Shown here piece after piece: positions 15,443 to 29,600 of a DNA stretch of 64,000 bases. The notes under the pieces were generated by a model. It was not told where the DNA came from, did no database searches, and saw only the letters and a list, made by a program, of their open reading frames with translations. Every line of letters begins with the position of its first letter. Positions within the stretch are counted from its first letter, which is position 1. A program made the translations under genes and the position numbers. This DNA is from Pecten maximus (Eukaryota), in NCBI RefSeq assembly GCF_902652985.1, contig NC_047018.1, positions 8,432,001 through 8,496,000 of the forward strand, given 5' to 3'.

Positions 15443-16274
15443 ATTCTAACACGATTCGTTTGCAACGCGTGTTTTGATTGGTTGCGGACCGACTTCTAAT
15501 CTGCGATAGAACCATGACATATCGTGTTAAGCCACGCCCCGTTTCTAATCAAAACAATATGGCGTCAAGTTCGACTCGTAGCGAAATTCAACACTCTGCA
15601 CCATTTATGATTGATGGCCCGTGATATTGGAATCGAAAGTGAAGAAATCGAATAGAATGAATTAACTTAATAAATTTAACAAAAATCGTTAACATCATTC
15701 TTACCGTCATTTATTGATTGAAACGTTCATTTCGTCCGTGTGTAGGCATCTAAGGTCAAGTAAAATCCGAAATGAAATGGAACAAGTGCACACAACTTCA
15801 CATAACGGTTGAGCCTGTAGAAACACATCAACCCTGACTTTGTTAAAATGCACATGTCGTTAAGCATACTGCGTAAATCCAAATATGTCTTTAAATCTTC
15901 GGAAACAGGACTTTCACAACAACCAAATACCCCGCTTCGTTAACACACAGACCGAGTTCTCGCCAGTATGGGCGTGGCCAATTGACCGACTTTGATAGCT
16001 TCTCTCTGATTGGTCAATCCGCCACAGTATGACACGTCACTTACGGAGGTCACGGAGTACTTAACAGCGTACTTGTAGCACTGTAAAACAATGTTTCTAA
16101 ATATATGCGATAGTAAACGTGTTAGAATGGGGATAGTACGTTGTTTTTCGTGGTTATACTGGCGATTAGAACATGAAATTTGGTTTAAACTCTCGACCTA
16201 TCGGTCTCGAGTTCAAACCAAATTTCATGTTCTAATCGCCAGTATAGCCACTCAAAACAACTTACTATCCCCTA
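15443..16274 (+). mobile_element. 832-bp non-autonomous DNA element with subterminal inverted repeat and long terminal hairpin (Crypton-like or Helentron-like; superfamily uncertain)
   Basis: Interrupts the 33-bp satellite cleanly; attctaacacg (15443-15453) vs cgtgttagaat (16118-16128); hairpin 16129-16272 with 70-bp arms; no TSD. Confidence 0.8.
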
Positions 16275-18690
16275 AATACTACGATAATCTACATGGACTA
16301 TCATTATCACACTACGATAATCTATATGGACTATCATTATAATACTACGATAATCTACATGGACTATCATTATCACACTACGATAATCAATATGGACTAT
16401 CATTACCACACTACGATAATCTGTATGGATAATTATTATCACACTACGATAATCTACATGGACTATCATTATCACACTACGATAATCTATATGGACTATC
16501 ATTATCACACTACGATAATCTATATGGACTATCATTATCACACTACGATAATCTATATGGACTATCATTACCACACCACGATAATCTATATGGACTATCA
16601 TTACCACACTACGATAATCTACATGGACTATCATTATCACACTACGATACTCTATATGGACTATCATTATCACACTACGATAATCTACATGGACTATCAT
16701 TACCACACTACGATAATCTACATGGACTATCATTATCACACTACGATAATCTATATGGACTATCATTATCACACTACGATAATCTACATGGACTATCATT
16801 ATCACACTACGATACTCTATATGGACTATCATTATCACACTACGATAATATATATGGACTATCATTACCACACTACGATAATCTACATGGACTATCATTA
16901 TCACACTACGATAATATACATGGACTATCATTATCACACTACGATAATCTATATGTACTATCATTATCACACTACGATAATCTATATGGACTATCATTAT
17001 CACACTACGATAATCTATATGGACTATCATTATCACACCACGATAATCTACATGGACTATCATTATCACACTACGATAATTTATATGGACTATCATTATC
17101 ACACTACGATAATCTATATGGACTATCATTATAACACTACGATAATCTATACGGACTATCATTATCACACTACGATAATCTACATGGACTATCATTATCA
17201 CACTATGATAATCTATATGGACTATCATTACCACATTACGATAATCTATATGGACTATCATTATCACACCACGATAATCTACATGGACTATCATTATCAC
17301 ACTACGATAATCTATATGGACTATCATTATCACACTACGATAATATATACGGACTATCATTATCACACTACGATAATCTACATGGACTATCATTATCACA
17401 CTACGATAATCTATATGGACTATCATTATCACACTACGTTAATCTACATGGACTATCATTATCACACTACGATAATCTATACGGACTATCATTATCACAC
17501 TACGATAATCTACATGGACTATCATTACCACACTACGATAATCTATATGGACTATCATTATCACACTACGATAATCTATACGGACTATCATTATCACACC
17601 ACGATAATCTATATGGACTATCATTATCACACTACGATAATCTATATGGACTATCATTATCACACTACGATAATCTGTATGGACTATCATTATCACACTA
17701 CGATGATCTACATGGACTATCATTATCACACTACGATAATCTATACGGACTATCATTATCACACTACGATAATCTATATGGACTATCATTATCACACTAC
17801 GATAATCTATATGGACTATCATTATCACACTACGATAATCTATATGGACTATCATTATCACACTACGATAATCTATATGGACTATCATTATAATACTACG
17901 ATAATCTACATTGACTAGCATTATCACACTACGATAATCTATATGGACTATCATTATCACACTACGATAATATACATGGACTATCATTATCACACTACGA
18001 TAATCTATATGGACTATCATTATCACACTACGATAATATACATGGACTATCATTATCACACTACGATAATCTATATAGACTATCATTTTCACACTACGAT
18101 AATCTACATTGACTAGCATTATCACACTACGATAATCTATATGGACTATCATTATCACACTACGATAATATACATGGACTATCATTATCACACTACGATA
18201 ATCTATACGGACTATCATTATCACACTACGATAATCTATATGGACTATCATTATCACACTACGATAATCTATATGGACTATCATTATCACACTACGATAA
18301 TATATATGGACTATCATAACCACACTACGACAATATATATGGACTATCATAACCACACTACGATAATCTACATGGACTATCATTATCACACTACGATAAT
18401 CTACATGGACTATCATTATCACACTACGATAATCTACATGGACTATCATCATCACACTACGATAATCTACATGGACTATCATTATCACACTACGATAATC
18501 TACATGGACTATCATTACCACACTACGATAATCTACATGGACTATCATTACCACACTACGATAATCTACATGGACTATCATTACCACACTACGATAATCT
18601 CAATGGACTATCATTATCACACTACGATAATCTACATGGACTATCATTATCACACTACGATGATATATATGGAGTAGATACATAGACTAG
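16275..18690. repeat. 33-bp satellite, right part (same family as 13255-15442)
   Basis: Same unit resumes in register after the insertion. Confidence 0.96.
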
Positions 18691-20103
18691 TTTTAATTGG
18701 AATAATACGCATATCGAGTCTATGTAATCAAAGTAACGAGTGAAGTGTCGCTTGGCTAAAACAATAAATAGAAACAACGTCCCTGTACTCATTATCAATG
18801 TGATTAATAACATGAGTTTATTGTCGTGGTTATAATGTCTTCCTAGATAATAAACTGACATAACGATATCTGTGATTCAGTCGGCTGGCACCATCATCAC
18901 TCAAACCAACTGATATTTGTGTCTGTATTTGGTCCCCATTTCGTGTTTTATAAAGGTTTGATAACATTGTGTAATCAGCTAGTTGTATTTGGTCTGGAGG
19001 TGTTTCATTTGTTAAAGTGGAGTGTTTGTTTACTTCAGCTATTTGTTTCGTGGACTGTTACATAGCTGTCTTTCATGTGTTTAACGTATTGCATGGTATT
19101 TGATAAGCGAGACAAAGTACATCGTAAACCAACTCAAGTGTAAGCACATCATTGGTAGCGTCTGCAAGTCGATCAAAATGAACAGACTTTAACACGGAAA
19201 ACAGTCTACCTTAAGGAGAATTCAACACATGCATGAAGCTTTAAAAACTAACATTTACTTTACACAGGTAACGGATTGTTCAGTGAAAAATAGAAATATT
19301 GATTTGGTTTGAATCAGTTAATTCAATTTAATTTACATCATTTCTCTGGCATGCAACAATGGAAGGTCATCTCAGCATAACCTGTGTATTTTCTTAAACA
19401 GATTAACATGAAAATTAAAATTGAAAAATAAACTTATTTCCCCGGCGCACTGAATAAGAAATTGAGACAATACCGCACTTCAAAGGATGTAGAGATGTCT
19501 AATTCAAAGTATATCATCAAATAGTGTTCTGTTCATCCGGAGTTTTCAGCAGGGTGACAAAACTGGATTGGTTTACCAATTTCCCTGTAATGTACATGGA
19601 CACATGCACAGGGTATCAACGCTCCAGGTGACAGATTTAACAATCGCTTTGATTTCATTTCCTTTTTCATTCCGTTTATTAACTGTTTTCAAGTCATTCA
19701 GTTTCAAAGATTCACTTTCATTTCGGTCAGTCTATTGTATTTAAATGGTTACAGTCGAATATAAACACTACAGTTAGTCAGTCATACCAGATCGTATTCG
19801 TACCAGAAGGGAGGACAAGTAGAAGCTTAAAAGTGGAGTCGAGACAAAGGGGAACCTTTTAATGACCTCATTTTAACATCCTTTTATAGGCAAACTGGAT
19901 AAGTCTACTGACCGAATAGACTACAGTCATAAAGACATACCGGTTTGATGTGATTGATACAGTGAAAACATTCAACTGAACTGTTGTTTAAGATGTATTA
20001 AGACCATAGCACCGACGGCCATTTATATTCATTACTTAAACAAACAAAAAATCTACTTTCAATAAAGCAAACAATAGACGTCTCCGACTTTGTATGGAAG
20101 CCA

Positions 20104-20890
20104 TGTGTTAGAGGTGGTGACCTTTAATGAGAGAAGTGTGTTAGAGGTGGTGACCTTTAATGAGAGAAGTGTGTTAGAGGTGGTGACCTTTAATGAGAGA
20201 GAAGTGTGTTAGAGACAGTGACCTTTAGAAGAGAAGTTTGTTAGAGACAGTGACCTTTAGAAGAGAAGTTTGTTAGAGGTGGTGACCTTTAATGAGAGAA
20301 GTGTGTTAGAGGTGGTGAACTTTAATGAGAGAAGTGTGTTAGAGACAGTGACCTTTAGAAGAGAAGTGTGTTAGAGGTGGTGACCTTTAGAAGAGAAGTG
20401 TGTTAGAGGTGGTGACCTTTAATGAGAGAAGTGTGTTAGAGGTGGTGACCTTTAATGAGAGAAGTGTGTTAGAGGTGGTGACCTTTAATGAGAGAAGTGT
20501 GTTAGAGGTGGTGACATTTAATGAGAGAAGTGTGTTAGAGGTGGTGACCTTTAATGAGAGAAGTGTGTTAGAGGTGGTGACCTTTAATGAGAGAAGTGTG
20601 TTAGAAGTGGTGACCTTTAATGAGAGATGTGTGTTAGAGGTGGTGACCTTTAATGAGAGAAGTGTGTTAGAGGTGGTGAACTTTAGAAGAGAAGTGTGTT
20701 AGAGGTGGTGACCTTTAGAAGAGAAGTGTGTTAGAGGTGGTGACCTTTAGAAGAGAAGTGTGTTAGAGGTGGTGACCTTTAATGAGAGATTTGTGTTAGA
20801 GAGGTGACCTTTAGAAGAGAAGTGTCTTAGAGACAGTGACCTTTAGAAGAGAAGTGTCTTAGAGGTGGTGACCTTTAATGAGAGAAATGT
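20104..20890. repeat. 33/31-bp minisatellite (gtgtgttagaggtggtgacctttaatgagagaa)
   Basis: Tandem units. Confidence 0.93.
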
Positions 20891-21926
20891 GTATTTGTAT
20901 ATCAGCTACTTATGTATTAGAGGTGTGTAATCTCTCATGGAAGAGGCGTGTCGTTTTATGCAAACTCAACATGGGTGGGTTATGCAGTCATTTGTTAAAT
21001 CCGACTGTATTTTAGATGTGTGGTCCCCATGGAAGAGTTGTGCTGTCACTGTGTTAAATCTGACTGCGTTTTAGGTGTGTAACCTCCCTTGGGAAAGATG
21101 TGCTGTAATTGTGTTAGATCTGGTTGTGTTTTAGGTGTGTGACCTTTCGTTGGAGTTGTTTGATGTTTTGTAAGGTAACAGCCTTACAACAGTTAAGGTG
21201 ATGTAATGACGGATGTGATATATGCGTTCAATCTAGATTTACTGTAGGCGTGTGACCTGCTATTTGTGACTTGTTAGATTTGACTTTATCTCGCAGAACT
21301 ATTGCCATGTTACGTTCTCTGGGGCAGAGCTATTATCTTGATACTAAGTGCATTATATGCTTGCTACCTTTCACGAGAGAAATGTGCTGTTATTATCATG
21401 TTATTGCCGTTGAAGACACAGAAACAAACACTACTTGACAGGGTTTCGGAAAATTCTGATAATCTTAATAAAGACCTGTCAAAATAATATTTTAAATTGA
21501 TCCGAGATTCCAAAGCAATTCGAAAAATGACGAAAATGTCATTTTCAGCGATTGCATATTATGCAAATCAAATTAAATTATCGACAATTCTCTTTGCGTT
21601 GTCTTTACCCAAGTCTGCATGGCGATGTATCTAAAGGACAGAATAGTTAAAGATTCGGGAGGTATCTGTAGAATTGGTTTCTTTCTTTAGATAGTGCAAC
21701 ATTCGTTTCTCATCAGTTTAAAACTCGACGTCTCATTAATATTAGTTATAAAAAGTCATCGGTAAAAATAATTGATGCAGTTTCAAAGCCGGATCTAGAT
21801 TACTACAGCTTGATACCATCTGAAAACATTAATGTTTTAACCAAACAAGTGACTATACTGTTTTTGTTAATAACAGTTAGAAGCTGTATATGGACGCCTT
21901 CACTCCTTTTGTGAAGTGTAGCGGGC

Positions 21927-23140
21927 ACGTCAGAGTACGTCAGCGAACGTCTGAGTACGTCAGTCAGAGTACGTCAGTTAGAGTACGTCAGTCAGAGTAC
22001 GTCAGTTAGAGCAGAGTACGTCAGTCAGAGAACGTCAGTCAGAGTACGTCAGTTAGAGTACGTCAGCCAGAGTACGTCAGTCAGAGTACGTCGGTCAGAG
22101 TACGTCAGTCAGAGTACGTCAGCCAGAGTACGTCAGTCAGAGTACGCCTGAGTACGTCTGAGTGAGTACGTCTGAGTACGTCTGAGTACGTCAGTCAGAG
22201 TACGTCAGTCAGAGTACGTCAGTCAGAGGACGTCGGTCAGAGTACGTCAGTCAGAGTATGTCGGTCAGAGTACGTCAGCCAGAGTACGTCAGTCTGAGTA
22301 CGTCAGTCAGAGTACGTCAGTCAGAGTACGTCAGTCAGAGAACGTCAGTCAGAGTACGTCGGTCAGAGTACGTCGGTCAGAGTACGTCTGAGTACGTCAG
22401 TCAGAGTACGTCAGTCAGAGTACGTCAGTCAGAGAACGTAATCTGTCAGTCTGAGTACGTCAGTCAGAGTACATCAGTCAGAGTACGTCAGTCAGAGAAC
22501 GTCAGTCAGAGTACGTCAGTCAGAGTAGGTCAGTCAGAGTACGTCAGAGTACGTCAGTCAGAGTACGTCGGTCAGGGTACGTCAGTCAGAGTACGTCGGT
22601 CAGGGTACGTCAGTCAGAGTACGTCAGTCAGAGAACGTCAGTCAGAGTACATCAGTCAGAGTATGTCAGTCTGAGTACGTCAGTCAGAGTACATCAGTCA
22701 GAGTACGTCAGAGTACGTCAGTCAGAGTACGTCAGTCAGAGTACGTCGGTCAGGGTACGTCAGTCAGAGTACGTCAGTCAGAGAACGTCAGTCAGAGTAC
22801 GTCAATCAGAGTACGTCAGTCAGAGTACGTCAGCCAGAGTACGTCAGAGTACGTCAGTCAGAGTACGTGAGTCAGAGAACGTCAGTCAGAGTACGTCGGT
22901 CAGAGTACGTCGGTCAGAGTACGTCTGAGTACGTCAGTCAGAGTACATCAGTCAGAGTACGTCAGTCAGAGTACGTCGGTCAGAGTACGTCAGTCAGAGT
23001 ACGTCAGAGTACGTCAGGCAGAGTACGTCAGTCAGAGTACATCAGAGTACGTCAGTCAGAGTACGTCAGAGTACGTCAGTCAGAGTACATCAGAGTACGT
23101 CAGTCAGAGTACGTCAGCCAGAGTACGTCGGTAAGAGTAC
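21927..23140. repeat. 14/10-bp minisatellite (gtcagtcagagtac)
   Basis: Tandem units. Confidence 0.93.
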
Positions 23141-23532
23141 GACTTCCTATTTTTGCATGCGGTCATCCAAATTAAGATTAATTCCTTATACTAGTTATAA
23201 ACTTAACTTCATCACCGGAATAAGTTGAATCTTTAAATGTGGATTCTTCACCAGGTTATTACCAGTATTCCCGTAACACCAAGGGGATATAAGTATCTCG
23301 GTAAATATCTAAGCTATGTATTTCCTTAAAAGGCCTTCCAGATGCAGCCTTTACCATTTAAGCGAAAGGAAACTCTCACTAGCTGAGTCAGAGATAAACG
23401 ACTAAAGGTACACCTGTACTCTAGACGTTCGTAAAAACGTTTGTCATTAACATGTTTAACACTCTGATTCCTCAGGCACTTGTCAGGGTTTAACGAAGAG
23501 ACTATACCATTATCAATGTTTGTGTGTTTCAG

Positions 23533-23632
23533 TAACAGCCTTGCATTTGCCACGGAACCGTTGTTTGCCAGTCTTGCCAACGTGCTAGGCCGTTACGACA
23601 GGATACCAACGCCTGCTCCACCGGAAATAAGG
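23533..23632 (+). CDS. SCYL2: SCYL2-like exon (first found): NSLAFATEPLFASLANVLGRYDRIPTPAPPEIR
   Basis: Acceptor tgtttcag at 23531-32, donor gttggc at 23633; resembles SCYL2 LAFCTEPVFASLANVLG. Confidence 0.9.
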
Positions 23633-26600
23633 GTTGGCTTCTTTCTGAGTTTTATAAATATATCTGATGGTGTGAAATCCATCGTTCAGGTTTAGATAAA
23701 TGTTCGTGTTTGCTGTTGTTTTTTTTGTTTTTTTTTTAATATTTTTTTTAACTTTGCTGTAATAGCTTGTTCAGTTAACACAGCTATCATTTACAAACAA
23801 TGTTTACATAACAATTGCATTTTCTTAAAAAATAGAATGTCTTCACAAGGATTTGTGTTTCCGTAGACACGTTATTGTCCATAATTTCTTTCAAAAGTAA
23901 GCTATGTTTAATGGGAACAACAATGGACCCGCAATACGTGTAAACAACCGTTTACATACTATTACCATGTCAGTTTTACTTAAAAACAAAATATTGCCAA
24001 ATGATGATTGAAGTAAATACTGCAATTTTATACAGCAAAGGTTCAATAAAATAACTACTTAAACCGAAGGAATGGCACAGGAATCGATGCAATGAATGGA
24101 ATACACTGTTAAGATGGGTTAATACCAAAAGTTATTATTAGTGTTGATAAAGGCAGATTGATGTTCACTGATATACATGTGTAATGCATTCCGAGATCTC
24201 TCGGTCGTTAATATCTTAATCAGACAGCAACACGACTGTAATAGACGAACTCGGTATACTGTTACTGTTAATGACATGTAATGTCCATCTCAGTCGGGAA
24301 ATCTGGTGTCAATGGGGCCTTTATATACGGAGAAATGTAAAATTCCACCGAGACTCCTGAAGGTCACAACCAAAGCCATACGAGAGAGGGTCTTATGGGT
24401 CTTCTTCTTCTCGTGAATAGTTGTGGTGTTTCAAAAGTCTACACTAGAGATGGTATAGACAAACAATTGATATTCCCGGCCAGCCTTGATACGATATTCC
24501 GGGCCAGCCTTGATACGATATCCCGGGCCAGCCTTGATACGATATCCCGGGCCAGCCTTGATACGATATTCCGGGCCAGCCTTGATACCATATTCCGGGC
24601 CAGCCTTGATACCATATTCCGGGCCAGCCTTGATACCATATTCCGGGCTAGCCTTGATACGATATTCCGGGCCAGCCTTGATACAATATTCAGGGGCAGC
24701 CTTGATACGATATTCCGGGCCAGCCTTGATACGATATTCCGGGCCAGCCTTGATACGATATTCCGGGCCAGCCTTGATACCATATTCCGGGCCAGCCTTG
24801 ATACCATATTCCGGGCCAGCCTTGATACCATATTCCGGGCTAGCCTTGATACGATATTCCGGGCCAGCCTTGATACAATATTCAGGGGCAGCCTTGATAC
24901 GATATTCCGGGCCAGCCTTGATACGATATTCCGGGCCAGCCTTGATACGATATTCCGGGCCAGCCTTGATACGATATTCCGGGCCAGCCTTGATACGATA
25001 TTCCGGGCCAGCCTTGATACGATATTCCGGGCCAGCCTTGATACCATATTCCGGGCCAGCCTTGATACCATATTCCGGGCAGCCTTGATACGATATTCCG
25101 GGCCAGCCTTGATACGATATTCAGGGGCAGCCTTGATACAATATCTTCCGTACTGGTCGACTACTGCCTAACTGCATTTTTATCACACCACTGTCATTGT
25201 TAACCTTTGACATTCATAGTAAAACATAGACATTAAAGGTCACACCTTACCGGAGAGGAGCACTATAAACGTAACATGTCGGGGTACCACACTACACACA
25301 TCAGGCCTCACCTCATCCCGCCAGTATTATGTATATGACAGGCCAAGGACAGGTGAAACTACTGAACCTGTGTAATCCTGTTACTAATTAATGTAATACT
25401 TAAATATTAACTGTTACGTAATCCAACAAAATGGAAGAGGACGCGATTGGATTTGGTCATCCGTTAGGTATCTGATATGTCTTTCAGACCAATCTGGTAA
25501 CGAAGTACATGTAGGCTACCGACTAAGTTCTGATTTGATAAAAACATCCGCATGATGAAGTCGCTGTACAATGTGGAAGATGATAACACCTTAACTAATT
25601 ACGCGGACTGAGGAACCTGAGGATTTAACGAGGTTAAAGACGCGGTTTGTGGAACCTGAGGATTTAACGAGGTTACAGACGCGGTTTGTGGAACCTGAGG
25701 ATTTAACGAGGTTACAGACGCGGTTTGTGGAACCTGAGGATTTAACGAGGTTACAGACGCGGTTTGTGGAACCTGAGGATTTAACGAGGTTACAGACGCG
25801 GTTTGTGGAACCTGATGATATAACGAGGTTACAGACGCGGATTGTGGAACCTGATGATATAACGAGGTTACAGACGCGGATTGTGGAACCTGAGGATTTA
25901 ACGAGATTACAGACGCGGTTTATGGAACCTAAGGATTTAACGAGGTTACAGACGCGGTTTGTGGAAAATGATGATTTAACGAGGTTACAGACGCGGTTTG
26001 TGGAACCTGAGGATTTAACGAGGTTACAGACGCGGTTTGTGGAACCTGAGGATTTAACGAGGTTACAGACGCGGATTGTGGAACCTGATGATTTAACGTG
26101 GTTACAGACGCTGATTTTGGAACCTGATGATTTAACGAGGTAACAGACGCGGACTGAGGAACCTGAGGATTTAACGAGGTTACAGACGCGTATTGTGGAA
26201 CCTGAGGATTTAACGAGGTTACAGACGAGGATTGTGGAACCTGAGGATTTAACGAGGTTACCGATGCGGATTGAGGAACCTGAGGATATAACGAGGTTAC
26301 AGACGCGTATTGTGGAACCTGATGATTTAACGAGGTTACAGACGCGTATTGTGGATCCTGAGGATATAACGAGGTTACAGACGCGTATTGTGGAACCTGA
26401 GGATTTAACGAGGTTACAGACGCGGTTTGTGGAACCTGAGGATGTAACGAGGTTACAGACGCGGACTGAGGAACCTGATGATTTAACGAGGTTACAGACG
26501 CGTATTGTGGAACCTGAGGATATAACGAGGTTACAGACGCGTATTGTGGAACCTGAGGATATAACGAGGTTACAGACGCGTATTGTGGAACCTGATGATT

Positions 26601-29600
26601 TAACGAGGTTACAGACGCGGTTTGTGGAACCTGAGGATGTAACGAGGTTACAGACGCGATTTGTGGAACCTGAGGATTTCTGTAGTTATGATAGCTGAGA
26701 CTGACATGATATCAGATGTTATAACATTTACAAGTAATTCACACCGGTATTGATTAATTTCAAGGGATCTTTATATATTCATCTTAGGTGCACATGCAGT
26801 TCAAGAAATGCCACAATAAATTCAAAATCCACATTAGGGCCCTGTTACGATTCCGAAATATAATTGCACCTTGCTCCTTCCGTAGGGGTTATTCGTTTTT
26901 CAGTGATTTAAAACTGATCAATACGACTGCCAACTAGCACACAGTTGGAATGATAAAAATTACCCTATGTGTCAAAATGAATGAAGTCGCCTTCAAAATT
27001 TCACTATGAATGACATATGTGGGTTTAGTGGAAGGTTCCTTTTCTTTTGATTAAAACATTGAAGAACTGAAAAAATGATATGTGAAATAGTTTTGCTTCA
27101 TTATACCCGTTAAATGTATCTTCATAGCTTTTTTTAAAATACGGTGCATTGCATGGCATGCAAAACCACGGTTTACGGATATATTCCCTATTGCGCATGA
27201 CAGGAAGCTATGACTAGGTACATGTAGAAATTTGTAATCACAATGCTTATTTGACTACTCCCGAAGTGTTTAAAGCATAAACTAAATTCAGTACAAGATT
27301 GTTAAGGCATTTTATCAACTGTATAAAAATCACGAATGTACTCCATCAACACATACAGAAGGGGACTGGTTAATACAGTTTTGTATAATATATACTATTA
27401 TAATGTTCGCCATTGTTCAGTGTTGGTCATGAGGCCAATCCTATCCGTACAGATATCGTGCGGGATATCTTTACAGAAACTAAACATTTTATTGCTAGCA
27501 CGTAGTCATGCTATGCTGAGTCAATGGTTCAAGCCATGTCTGCGCTGCCTTGGAAATAGATTAAATAAACACATGAAAGCCTGGGAGATTCGAAGTCATT
27601 CCAATATTTTCTATTTGATTGTTCCACAACGAAAATATTTTCATTGATCTTGAAATAAAAAAAAATCACTGTCAATACAGGCTGAAGTTGTTTAACCTGT
27701 ATGGACTTCTTTCTAAACACACTTAGGAGTCGGTGAGAACGGCATCGCGTTTGTTTCTGATGTCAAGTGGAGCGTACAAACCGGATAAGGACAGCGACAA
27801 ATGGATAGACAAGTGAGACGAGGAGTCGACCGTCTTTATATTGATTAGTAGTGATATACCTTCTGGAACAGGCTGTAATTGACAAATCGGTGTACAGCAT
27901 TGCTAATAGAGACTAAACGGTATACAGCATTGCTAATTAGAGACTAAACGGTATACAGCATTGCTGATAGTGACAAATCGGTATACAGCATTGCTAATAG
28001 TGACAAATCGGTATACAGCCATGCTAATAGTGACAAATCGGTATACAGCATTGCTAATAGTGACAAATCGGTATACAGCATTGCTAATAGTGACAAATCG
28101 GTATACAGCATTGCTAATAGTGTTAAATCGGTATACAGCATTGCTAATAGTGACAAATCGGTATACAGCATTGCTAATAGTGACAAATCGGTATACAGCC
28201 ATGCTAATAGTGACAAATCGGTGTATATCATTGCTTTTAGTGACAAATCGGTATACAGCATTGCTAATAGTGACTAATCGGTGTACAGCATTGCTAATAG
28301 TAACTAATCGGTGTACAGCATTGCTAATAGTGACCAATCGGTGTACATCATTGCTTATAGTGACCAATCGGTGTACATCATTGCTTATAGTGACCAATCG
28401 GTGTACATCATTGCTTATAGTGACCAATCGGTGTACATCATTGCTTATAGTGACCAATCGGTGTACATCATTGCTTATAGTGGCCAATCGGTGTATTTCG
28501 CACTCAAAACTCAAGATGCTACACTCTGTACATACAGTAGAGCGCGACTACATCGTTGATGCCAAAGGTGTTCGTGTCAACAGGAGCTTATAGCTTATAT
28601 ATCATAGGTACCTGGACATCAGCGTTTAAGTACCATGTATACCAAGACAACAATTGTATAACTGTCATATGATCAGTGTGGAAGTGTTACATGTACAGTA
28701 TTTGGCTAATAAGGCTACCCGAGGGTACGTACAGTTGTAGTTGGATACTTATAATGAGACAAAATCGTGAATATATTGACTCTAACGGACGACAGGTTAG
28801 ACTGAAAGTGTCTGCTTGTAGAATCATTTATATATATTTACATCTCTCCCTTCTTCAGCTTAGTAAACTCTGACAGCGAGTAAATCAGCATATACGCAAT
28901 GAAAAAAAAGCTTAGCGGATTAATAAGCGCGGGAATCGGGCGCTAACCGTAGGAAATGTTCGTTGCCAACTGCGGGCATACAACCGTATACGCAATCAAN
29001 NNNNNNNNNNNNNNNNNNNNNNNNNNNNNNNNNNNNNNNNNNNNNNNNNNNNNNNNNNNNNNNNNNNNNNNNNNNNNNNNNNNNNNNNNNNNNNNNNNNN
29101 NNNNNNNNNNNNNNNNNNNNNNNNNNNNNNNNNNNNNNNNNNNNNNNNNNNNNNNNNNNNNNNNNNNNNNNNNNNNNNNNNNNNNNNNNNNNNNNNNNNN
29201 NNNNNNNNNNNNNNNNNNNNNNNNNNNNNNNNTGTACAGTTGTCGTGTTTAATATATATATTTTCAACTATATACACGATGTATCTGATAAAAAGATGTA
29301 AAAGGACTTATATGGTAGTTAACTGGAACACGAAGGCTACAGTACAAAATTAATTAAAGAATTATGGAATTAGGTTAACTCATTTGCTAAATCACAAAAG
29401 CCTGATTTAGTTTAATAACTATATGCTACTATTCTTATTTCCAGGATTATGAATTCCTGGACTATGAAATACAGTACGGTATACTACAGGTAAGGACAAT
29501 GAAATACAGTACGGTATACTACAGGTAAGGACAATGAAATTCAGTACGGTATACTACAGGTATGGACTATAAATACAGTACGGTATACTACAGGTAAGGA

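Noticed and set aside
13426-18677. MDYHYHTTIIY / IMIVHIDYRSV repeat ORFs
   Set aside because: 33-bp satellite open on both strands and interrupted by a mobile element.
24395-28593. RASLDTIF, EPEDLTRLQTRFV and LLIVTNRYTA repeat ORFs
   Set aside because: Intronic minisatellites with unit lengths divisible by 3; no supported splice context.
28920-29301. ORFs spanning the N gap; possible exon lost in the gap
   Set aside because: ORFs are artefacts of N translation. The flanking exons join in phase and colinearly with SCYL2 (PEIR|DYEF), so no exon is needed.
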